Assembly: GCA_018985225.1 (NCBI GenBank)
Contig: JADGIF010000182.1
Location: 1 to 15,718 of the forward strand
Direction: 5' to 3'
DNA length: 15,718 bases
Origin: Amoeboradix gromovi X-113
Lineage: Eukaryota > Fungi > Sanchytriomycota
Shown piece by piece: positions 8,149-15,718 of the stretch. The first letter of the stretch is position 1. Every line of letters starts with the position of its first letter. Position numbers and translations under genes: made by a program. Below the pieces are notes generated by a model, which was given only the letters and a program-made list of their open reading frames with translations, made no database searches and had not been told where the DNA came from.

Positions 8149-8220
8149 CTCCGCCACGGGGAATCGAACCCCGGCCACCAACATGAAAAGCTAGGATCCT
8201 AACCACTGGACCATGGCGGA
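8149..8220 (-). tRNA. tRNA-Glu (anticodon UUC), 72 nt, no intron, CCA not encoded
   Basis: TCCGCCA TG GTCC AGTGGTTA GGAT C CTAGC TTTTCAT GTTGG TGGC CGGGG TTCGATT CCCCG TGGCGGA G folds into a full cloverleaf with a perfect 7-bp acceptor stem and A and B boxes. Anticodon TTC at 8187-8185. Confidence 0.96.
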
Positions 8221-8362
8221 ATGATAAAGTAATACATTTTGTAATAATAAAACAACTCAATGCTATAACGTTACAACGAATTAGGTGCATCTCTTCTGCT
8301 CGAAATTCAACATTAATTGCAATTACAAAAATCATTTTGGACCAAAAAGGTTATAAACAAGG

Positions 8363-9055
8363 ATGATACGCATCAATCAAAACACAATTCGGGAGGCTAT
8401 CAGAAAAAATGTTAGACTAGATGGTAGGGACTTTTTAAACTATAGAGTTATCAAGGTCTCTAAAGACAACTTTGGTACATGTGTTGAATTAGGTAATACA
8501 GTAGTTTACGTTAGCAGTAAGTTGACTTTAGACCGAATAGAAATGCAAAAAATAGTTTTAATCTCAGATGCTTCAGACAAGTGGCTGCTAAAAAGTATAG
8601 AGCAATGTATTGATATGGAGAGCTTGATGATTACTAAGGAAGTTGGCTGGAGATTAGAGCTAAAATTGCAAACTGTTCAAAACGATGGCAATTTATTAGA
8701 TGCCTTGGTTATCGGCATACTGTCTCAGTTGTTGAGTATTAAGAAATTTCATGTCACCGAGGATTTAAGAATAGTTCAATCTGAAGAAAGACTTCCGACG
8801 AGTCTTCAATTGCTATACTTTCCAATCAGTATAACTTTATGCTTTATTGATGAGCATATTGTTCTTGATCCAATTTCACAGGAAATGGAATTGGCCAAAG
8901 GAGTTTACAGCACAATTGTGAATGAGCATGATGAAATATGTGCATTCGTACCAATAAAAACAATGAAAATGGATATCGAGCAGCTGCAGTCGATATTGAA
9001 ATTGTCGATTGAGAAGGCGAGAGACATCAGGAACCACGTTAGAAAACTTAAATAA
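8363..9055 (+). CDS. RRP45: Exosome core RNase PH-like subunit Rrp45 (EXOSC9), shortened, 230 aa
   Basis: IREAIRKNVRLDGR...R, ELGNTVV, IDMESLMI...W, NDGNLLDA, ERLPTSLQLLYFPISIT, VLDP..EM and VNEHDEIC match the Rrp45 pattern better than Rrp42 or Rrp43. Confidence 0.82.
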   Translation: MIRINQNTIREAIRKNVRLDGRDFLNYRVIKVSKDNFGTCVELGNTVVYVSSKLTLDRIEMQKIVLISDASDKWLLKSIEQCIDMESLMITKEVGWRLELKLQTVQNDGNLLDALVIGILSQLLSIKKFHVTEDLRIVQSEERLPTSLQLLYFPISITLCFIDEHIVLDPISQEMELAKGVYSTIVNEHDEICAFVPIKTMKMDIEQLQSILKLSIEKARDIRNHVRKLK

Positions 9056-9816
9056 ATAAAATTCGCATTACTAAGAGTGAACAAACTAGTGAAGCACCGA
9101 ACTAGATAGTTGGTAGCCTATTTTGCATTCAATCCTCGAATTTTGAGCCTGCAAGTAAACTATATTATGAAAGAGTTAGTTTTTTAGCCTCATTAAGAGT
9201 CCTGATTTGCGACAAGTTTGCAGTGTTAGTCGCTCTTTTACCGTCATTACTCACGCTTTCTCTGCTTTCAAGCGTGATTGAAAGATACACATACTTCAAG
9301 TGTATTTTTCGCCACCTGGTCACTACCTTTGGCGTGAAAGTGAAAAAGACAAAAAATAAACAACTCTCAATATCATAGGACTTCTTTTTATTGGTACTGG
9401 TATTTTGTCACCATTCAACACTTTGCAGATCTACGACTTGTAGCAATTTGTTCGCATCAGAATATGCGAAATGAAAAGAACTCAAAGTTCATTAGAGTTG
9501 CAATTGTCAGCAATGCGGTCACCAAGACCATAGAGATATCAATCCAGGTACTTCAAAATAATGTAGGCAAGAACATGGTCAAATGGTATCTCCCCAAGTT
9601 GTCTACACTTGAGAAGTGTGGGTTTGAAATCTTCACATTTAACGTAGGCGCTAATGTAACTAAATTACATTTGTTGTTCTGAATCTTTTGAACCCTCTTA
9701 TTGAAAAACTTGCCCTTATATTTTTGATACCAGATCTGTGAGAATCATATCATACTTGAAATTATTGAGTATTCCGGCATATGACTTGGAGGCATTTGAT
9801 TCAAAACAATAATTTA

Positions 9817-10844
9817 CTAAAAATCTGCATCAGTGGTGAAGTTCATTTTGTTTTCATCCTTCTTATTCATAACACCACTCTTTTGATACTCACTGACTCT
9901 CTTTTCAAAAAAGTTTGTTTTGCCCTGAATGCTAATCATATCCATAAAATCAAACGGATTACTTGCCTTGTAGATCTTTGGTACATTCAGCTCGCTTAAC
10001 AATCTGTTAGCACAGAATTCAATGTATTCTTTCATCATATTGACGTTCACTATATAAGTGTGAAAATACTTCCAATTAAAGACACTGGTAGCGCATCCGT
10101 CAAAAACTCTTGCTCAATTAATACTGCGTCTCTAATAATGGCTTGGACAGTCTCATCTGACGGCTTGCTCTTCAAATACTTACTGAACAACAAACATGCA
10201 AAATCACAGTGTAGTCCTTCATCACGACTGATCAACTCATTGCTAAAAGTGAGGCCAGGCATGAATCCACGCTTTTTAAGCCAAAAAATAGACGCAAATG
10301 ATCCGCTAAAAAAAATTCCTTCAATTGCGGCAAATGCGACCAGTCGCTCTCCAAAAGTTTTCCCACTCTTGATCCATCGCAACGCCCAGTCAGCTTTCTT
10401 CTTGATACAAGGAATAGTCTCAATACTGTTAAATAAATGAGACTTCTCTTCAGAATCTTTGATATAACTGTCAATCAACAAAGAGTAGGTCTCAGAATGG
10501 ATGTTTTCCATCATTATTTGAAAACCGTAAAAGCATCTGGCTTCTGGTAGCTGCACATCTTTGGCAAATCTTTCAACCAGGTTTTCCAAAACTATACCAT
10601 CGGAAGCCGCAAAGAATGCAAGCACATGTTTAATAAAATGCTGCTCGTTGTGATTAAGTCGATTCCAGTGTTCTTGATCTTTACTGAGGTCAATCTCTTC
10701 AACAGTCCAGAATGAGGCTACAGCCTTTTTATACATATGCCAAATATCGTCATAATGTATTGGAAAGAGAACGAACCGACTAGGGTTCTCTTTCAACAAG
10801 ACCTCATCTTCGGATCCATTGGGCTTAATTTGATTCTCTGCCAT
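9817..10844 (-). CDS. RNR2: Ribonucleotide reductase small (R2) subunit, 335 aa, join(10070..10844, 9817..10049)
   Basis: [29 protein letters not shown] (iron ligands and radical Tyr), [25 protein letters not shown] and the C-terminal FTTDADF. The two track ORFs join through a 20-nt intron. Start placed at ATG 10844 because the track start (10901) overlaps the KMO ORF. Confidence 0.97.
10050..10069 (-). other. 20-nt GT-AG spliceosomal intron in RNR2
   Basis: GGA A|GTATTTTCACACTTATATAG|TG AAC. Removal creates ATG and the conserved LIGMN; retention gives an in-frame TAG. Confidence 0.92.
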
Positions 10845-10913
10845 ACACGAGGAGTCGTAAATAAAAATTATTCCCTCCAAAATCTCAGATCTTGAATGCA
10901 ATACATCGGAGAA

Positions 10914-12200
10914 ATGGAAGTCATTGTTGTCGGTGGTGGGTTAGTAGGTGCTCTGTGTGCTCTTTCAATGGGAAAGAGAGGCTTCAAAGTAAAACTGATG
11001 GAAAAGAGACCATTTCTCTCAAATGACAGTAAACAGAAAAGAAGTATTAATTTAGCTTTAAGTAAGCGAGGATTGACTGCGTTAAATCCTTACTTATCTA
11101 TTGAAAATAAAATTCCAATGTATGGTAGATGTATCCATCCATCTTTGAAATTCCAGAGTTATTCGCCGTTCAATAAGGCTATTTACTCAGTAGATCGCCA
11201 TGAGCTAAACAAAACCCTTGTTGAGGCATTAGATGAAATGCCGAATATCAAGGTCTTCTATAATCATACTCTTGTACAGTGCGATTTTGATTCTACAGTT
11301 GCGAGCTTTGAAGTTGATGGCAAAGCGTGCCATTTTAGAGCAGACTTAATCGTGGGTTGTGACGGCGCTTATAGTTCTACTCGATATTTAATGATGCGAA
11401 AAATGGCAATGAATTATCAGCAGCACTACATCGATCATTTGTATACCGAAATTAAAGTTTTGCCTAAAAACGGTGACTATGTTTGGAATCCAAACTGTCT
11501 TCATATTTGGCCAAAACTTGAATATATGCTTATAGCTCTTCCTAACATGGATAAATCTTTTACAGCTACATTGTTTATGGATGAGGATAGATTTAAATCA
11601 CTTAAAAGTAGTTCTGACATTATTTCTTTTTTTCAATTAAACTTTCCTGATTTTATCAACACCGTTGGTCCTGAAAATGTTGTTAACGAAGTTTTAAAGA
11701 ATCCGCAGTCTCGCTTGGTTTCCATAAAATGCAGTCCTTTCTCCTTTAAAAATGTTGTGATTATAGGCGATGCAAGTCATGCTATGGTTCCGTTTTATGG
11801 CCAAGGAATGAATTGTGGATTTGAGGATGTCAGATTGCTTATGGAGCATTTGGATAAGAGAAGTGAGAATGGCAAAATAAATAACATAACTGGGGCTTTG
11901 TATAATTACTCAAGATGTAGAAAAGATGACGCTCATGAAATTTCTGATTTGGCAATGAAGAACTATATTGAAATGAGGCAAAGTGTCACCTCGCCTGTTT
12001 ACAAGATCCGCAAGTTTGTTGAAGAACAGCTGCACAGGTTGTTTCCAAATCAAGTTATTCCACTTTACACGATGATCTCGTTTACTAACATTCCATATAA
12101 GAGGGCAAGAAAAAAGCATGAATACCAGACAAAGCTGCTGCTTGGTATGGGTGTAATTGCGCTTGTATTACCGCTTGCGCTTGTATATATTAGAAAATAA
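10914..12200 (+). CDS. BNA4: Kynurenine 3-monooxygenase (FAD-dependent; de novo NAD synthesis)
   Basis: [67 protein letters not shown] and a C-terminal hydrophobic anchor. An alternative in-frame ATG lies at 10896. Confidence 0.96.
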   Translation: MEVIVVGGGLVGALCALSMGKRGFKVKLMEKRPFLSNDSKQKRSINLALSKRGLTALNPYLSIENKIPMYGRCIHPSLKFQSYSPFNKAIYSVDRHELNKTLVEALDEMPNIKVFYNHTLVQCDFDSTVASFEVDGKACHFRADLIVGCDGAYSSTRYLMMRKMAMNYQQHYIDHLYTEIKVLPKNGDYVWNPNCLHIWPKLEYMLIALPNMDKSFTATLFMDEDRFKSLKSSSDIISFFQLNFPDFINTVGPENVVNEVLKNPQSRLVSIKCSPFSFKNVVIIGDASHAMVPFYGQGMNCGFEDVRLLMEHLDKRSENGKINNITGALYNYSRCRKDDAHEISDLAMKNYIEMRQSVTSPVYKIRKFVEEQLHRLFPNQVIPLYTMISFTNIPYKRARKKHEYQTKLLLGMGVIALVLPLALVYIRK

Positions 12201-12226
12201 AAACTAAAAGCTTAAGGTTTGTACAA

Positions 12227-12380
12227 CACTGAGGACACACGATATAAAAACTAGAACAACACCATTCAGAGTAGCGAACCTGATGAAGAATATTTCGTGC
12301 TTGGGTCCGTAAATTTAGTCACAAAAGCTGTCCCAACATTTTTTATGAATGCCGTTCCTCTCTTTGAAGTAAAACTAGAT
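12227..12380. mobile_element. MITE family A, copy 3 (diverged, one end only, same orientation as copy 2)
   Basis: CACTGAGGACACACGATATAAAAACTAGAACAAC matches the family end. 12334-12380 (CAACATTTTTTATGAATGCCGTTCCTCTCTTTGAAGTAAAACTAGAT) aligns with the internal block of copies 1 and 2. Confidence 0.65.
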
Positions 12381-13560
12381 AAGTGTTGCTAATAGCTATT
12401 TCTCGCTATTCTTCTTTTTCTAGTATAAATAGATTTGGACTAATATTCAACTTCCTTAATGCTTTAGCTTCACTTTTGAACTTTCTTGATCTCTTCATTA
12501 GCTGCCACCAACGGAAATTTCACGGCCTGATTTATTCTTGTACAAATAAACTTTTAACTCTTATTCAGTGTAATGAATTTTGCTTTAGTCCTCAATTTCC
12601 TCCTAAAAGAACATGAAAAACCCATCGGAGTAAAAATTATGCTTTTGTACAATTACCTTTAATAGGATCGCGGTTCGCAGTCATACCCAAATGAATGTAT
12701 TCAAGGAAAAAATAGAAAACAACTGAGCTTGATTTTCTTTAGGAACATCTATTGTAGAATTATTTCCAGAAGTACCGCATTTCATCAATTAGAGACTAGG
12801 CAAAATAGTTTGCTATCATTTCCATTTCTTTCTGCCAAGTTAGTCTTTCCTCATAGCCCAAATGGCATGAAGAATGTGTCGCAACACGAATTCGGATTTC
12901 AATCTACGATGGCATCTCAGCAGTGCATTGGTGTAACCTTAAACCTCCGTATTACTGCCTAATTAATACATTTAGACGTACTATGATTCCCATGAGAACT
13001 ATAGCATGATTCAAAAGTGTTATTTTCTGGAGCAGGTAGTGCTTTAGATTTACGCTTCAATAGAAAAGATCATTTTTCTATTCGGAAACAGAGTACTTCT
13101 AAGGCTCTGTAGACTGCTTACATTCTTTACTTAACCACTTGTAGTAAAAGTCTCAACACAAAACAAGATGATTTTCAAGAAATGTAAACGGTACGGCAAA
13201 TAGCATATTATTTTGATTGGCTTATAACATAGGAAGTATATTTCTCGCCTTTATTGCTTATGACTATGCTCCTCGTTAAAAGTACTGATCTCCGAGAAAT
13301 CAAGAATTTCCACAGATAAAACTTACAAGAGTTAACCATTCATAAGAAAGCATGACGATTTTTAGATAATTATACAACTATAGAAAAATTATCAGTTGAA
13401 GAGACATAGTTTGTGTAATCACTCCTGATGATTTGCTGAACTAAAATCGATAACTTTAGTATACTGCTTGTCAAGTAAACAATATGAAATTATCTTCTTG
13501 TTTATAATATCAAGTTACCAGTTGTTGCAAGTCCATCAATAATTTCTTTCCTGAGGCATA

Positions 13561-13950
13561 TTAAGTGGGACACCAAATATAAAAACTAGACCAACTCGTT
13601 TTTAAAGGTGCACCATACGCAGGAAATGCTATCATTAATAAAAGATCTTCTATTATACCAATTTTCTTTCATTGCTTTCAATCCCCTCTTCAAAATAAAA
13701 GTAGAAGACCCTGCATCTCGTTCAAATATATGAGGTCTTTGAGCATCTAAGCAAAAGGTGCATTATCTGTACAGAATATTTATTTTTGAAATTTCGATCC
13801 AAAAATTATTTATTTTCCTTTTATACTCGTCAACTCCGCAACTAGCTGAATGTCCACTCGCCTCTTAAATCCATAAAGTAATAAAGCTGATATAATGTTC
13901 CAGGTTGTTGCAGAAAGTTAGTCCAGTTTTTATATTTGATGTCCCGTTTG
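13561..13950. mobile_element. MITE family A, copy 2 (390 bp, inverted relative to copy 1)
   Basis: 30-bp inverted repeats at 13567-13596 and 13916-13945, 27/30 identical. TA at 13559-13560 and 13951-13952. No ORF. Internal blocks are shared with copy 1 (e.g. TCTAAGCAAAAGGTGCA and CAGAAAGTTAGTCCAGTTTT). Confidence 0.85.
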
Positions 13951-14167
13951 TAAATGTAAAATCAAAATGTTTTTGAAACCGTCTAAAAATTCAAACTTAA
14001 TTTCGTATACTAGAAAACCAAACCCAGATCAGTTGTTGAACTAGTGCCACTCTGTACCTTTTGTGAGCTATTGAAGGTTGCAAAGGTATTCTTGAATTCT
14101 CTTGTCACACTTGTATTTTTTTTGTGTTCCAGTGGAGATTACAAAAGGTACCCCGCTACTCTCTTGG

Positions 14168-14806
14168 ATGCTGCTCTTAAATTTAGTGTATTCAGCAGTT
14201 CCTGTATTATCTCGAGTCACTAGAAAGTCGATTTCTGGTCAAGGCGAATTGGGAAACCTTTTTCTAAAGTATTATGATTTAGCTTTGAGAAATCCGGCTC
14301 TTGATCAAAGAGTTTACGATATCTACCGTCATTTGAAGGGTCCAATATTGAAGAAGCAGCCTTATTTCAGACCTCACGTACTGGATGATGTACAAAAAGT
14401 TACCAATATCAAGCAAATTCTAAAGGACGCTGGACATTGGGATAAGAGCTTTTGGGAGCGTTCATCTGTCAAAGTGCTAAAGCAAATATTTGTACCAGCT
14501 TCTCTGTTTGGTTTGGGTGCATATATTCAAAAGATGGTAGATAGCGATCCAAGTGTGAAAAAAGAACTAGCGGATAATGAAAATAAGTTACCTCCAGGTA
14601 GTCCTATATCCGGACTTCGCGACCTGCCAGTGGCTAGTCAAAGTGGTACTGCAGCCTCAAGGGCAATACCACCGCAGGTAAATAGCCCTACCAAAAACAC
14701 TGAGCAAGTTGCAAATACTCATTCCAACCAGCGAATAAACCCTATAGGAGTGCAGCAAGTTCCGAGTGCTCTGCCTTTGATCATCCCTCCTGCGCCAATG
14801 CAATAG
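14168..14806 (+). CDS. Hypothetical protein, 212 aa, possibly secreted or membrane-anchored
   Basis: Long open frame. The first ATG gives a short hydrophobic start (MLLLNLVYSAVP), followed by a central hydrophobic segment (IFVPASLFGLGAYI) and a P/S/Q/N-rich tail. No family recognised. The track start at 14102 is a TTG. Confidence 0.7.
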   Translation: MLLLNLVYSAVPVLSRVTRKSISGQGELGNLFLKYYDLALRNPALDQRVYDIYRHLKGPILKKQPYFRPHVLDDVQKVTNIKQILKDAGHWDKSFWERSSVKVLKQIFVPASLFGLGAYIQKMVDSDPSVKKELADNENKLPPGSPISGLRDLPVASQSGTAASRAIPPQVNSPTKNTEQVANTHSNQRINPIGVQQVPSALPLIIPPAPMQ

Positions 14807-14833
14807 AATTAATTATGGGTTATAGTAAATAAT

Positions 14834-15547
14834 TTATTCTAATTTGGCCTTCTTTTTGCTTTCCAAATCCTCGTCTTTTGGCCTCTTCTTGATTATTTCA
14901 ATAGCACCGCCATGAACTTCTTTTGTTTTAAATTTTAATAAAAGTGATTTCAAATCCTGAGTTGCCAATTTGGCTTGCTCAACATTAAATCCACTAATAA
15001 TTAGAATTGCTTGAGTATCTGTCGATTTCCTTAGTTCTGTACTACCGCAGCTGATCATCAATCTTTTCCTACATCTACTTCTTGAAATAAATCCCAAATT
15101 TGTAAAAAACTGCCTTTGGTAGCTCTCATTTGCTATAGTATTTCCATAAACAAATTCTATTCTTATATGCCTTGTGTATGCCATTTTCAAAAACGAATCC
15201 CTCACCTCTATTTTGCTATTCGGAATGGCAATTATGTCAATCGGCATGTGCTCACAGGCACCATGGAACGCCTGTGCAGACATTGGTTCTACACTTACTA
15301 TATCAAACTTAGATTTTATCTTGTTAAAACTGAAATTTGCTTTGGCCGTTTTAATATTTAACCTAAAATATTGCTGTATTGTACATGGTACCTTATTTAG
15401 TTGCAGCTCTTTCAGTATCTGATCCAGATTTTGGCTGTCATCTATAGTAATTGTCCATCCAATTGTATCGTATCCCATCTTCTTGCATTTCTCTATCATG
15501 ATCAGATTTTGTTGTTGGGATTGGTATGGAATGTTGAAATCGTACAT
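14834..15547 (-). CDS. RPP1: RNase P/MRP protein subunit p30 (Rpp1/RPP30), 237 aa
   Basis: MYDFNIPY start, MGYDTIG, YFRLNI, FDIVSVEP, FHGACE..IDII, IRIEFVY, LMISCG..ELR...D and a basic NLS-like C-terminus (KKRPK...KKKAK). Confidence 0.9.
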   Translation of the reverse strand: MYDFNIPYQSQQQNLIMIEKCKKMGYDTIGWTITIDDSQNLDQILKELQLNKVPCTIQQYFRLNIKTAKANFSFNKIKSKFDIVSVEPMSAQAFHGACEHMPIDIIAIPNSKIEVRDSFLKMAYTRHIRIEFVYGNTIANESYQRQFFTNLGFISRSRCRKRLMISCGSTELRKSTDTQAILIISGFNVEQAKLATQDLKSLLLKFKTKEVHGGAIEIIKKRPKDEDLESKKKAKLE

Positions 15548-15622
15548 TTTTGGGATGCTACAAAATTGGAGACTTACAAAACCAGGTCGAAACATTATTG
15601 GAAAAGCGCCAGAGCCATCAGA

Positions 15623-15718
15623 ATGCGAATTCAATCAGCATTTAAGATACCTACTGTAGTCTAGAAGTCACGCAAACAGTTTGTTGTCATTCCTTCTCTG
15701 GCAATTAGGTCTTCCATA
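15623..15718 (-). mobile_element. Repeat family B, copy 2 (3' end of the Tc1-like remnant, cut by the window edge)
   Basis: 15670-15718 is 49/49 identical to 5256-5304 in inverted orientation. Weaker similarity resumes at about 15623-15643 (CAGCATTT) after an extra segment of about 22 nt. Confidence 0.75.

Noticed and set aside
7967-8335. 122-aa minus-strand ORF
   Set aside because: It runs through the tRNA gene and antisense to TMEM220, and has no recognisable motif.
9381-9795. Minus-strand frame of more than 130 codons interrupted only by TGA (selenoprotein or TGA readthrough)
   Set aside because: The peptide has no recognisable fold or redox motif, I saw no SECIS-like structure, and TGA serves as a stop at 4939-4941.
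9814-9819. Stop-codon reassignment (TAG or TAA read as Gln, as in some aphelids and ciliates), suggested by TAG stops followed closely by TAA
   Set aside because: No conserved gene has an internal TAG or TAA, most genes end in TAA, and RNR2 ends at its conserved terminal Phe directly before TAG.
9817-10901. RNR2 as two genes, a pseudogene or a programmed frameshift
   Set aside because: A single 20-nt GT-AG excision restores the conserved sequence exactly, and all catalytic residues are intact.
67-12200. NAD-metabolism gene cluster (NAD kinase plus kynurenine monooxygenase)
   Set aside because: The two genes are 10 kb apart with unrelated genes between them, and no other pathway gene is present.
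1983-13950. A giant composite transposon carrying about 11 kb of cargo between inverted MITE copies 1 and 2
   Set aside because: Each copy has its own pair of inverted repeats, the copies are diverged, the enclosed genes are mostly ordinary core genes and there is no intact transposase. Independent insertions are simpler.
25-15664. Short track ORFs overlapping or antisense to real genes (e.g. 25-228, 1685-1897, 3123-3353, 3450-3653, 5813-6016, 7158-7525, 10060-10474, 11910-12119, 15116-15664)
   Set aside because: They are shadow frames of well-supported genes with no motifs of their own.
1-15718. Prokaryotic systems such as CRISPR arrays, operons, defence islands or prophage
   Set aside because: There are no regularly spaced direct repeats, and the gene set (E(z), RING-H2, eukaryote-type exosome and RPP30, spliceosomal introns, Pol III tRNA) is eukaryotic.

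Overview
Gene-dense, AT-rich eukaryotic nuclear DNA with very short intergenic spacers and very few, very short introns. It reads like a reduced early-diverging fungus or fungal relative (inference; the taxon cannot be fixed from this window). The standard genetic code is used. Core genes: NAD(H) kinase, HMG-CoA lyase, two tandem transmembrane RING-H2 paralogues, a small intron-containing coiled-coil protein (possibly SYCP3/Cor1-like), an E(z)/EZH2-type CXC-SET methyltransferase, a TMEM220-family protein, tRNA-Glu(UUC), exosome Rrp45, ribonucleotide reductase small subunit, kynurenine 3-monooxygenase, an orphan with a signal-peptide-like start, and RNase P/MRP subunit Rpp1/RPP30. Signals the ORF track misses: (1) a 20-nt GT-AG intron in RNR2 whose removal restores the conserved LIGMN motif, plus three weaker 20-nt candidates; (2) a TA-flanked MITE family with 30-bp inverted repeats, in three copies; (3) a deleted Tc1-like element in two copies, one overlapping the stop codon of a RING gene; (4) stop codons embedded in AATAAA, with a near-identical 19-20 nt 3' motif shared by two unrelated genes; (5) an E(z) with NHS changed to NDS and a degenerate first CXC unit. 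All homology calls come from remembered family motifs; no searches were run.
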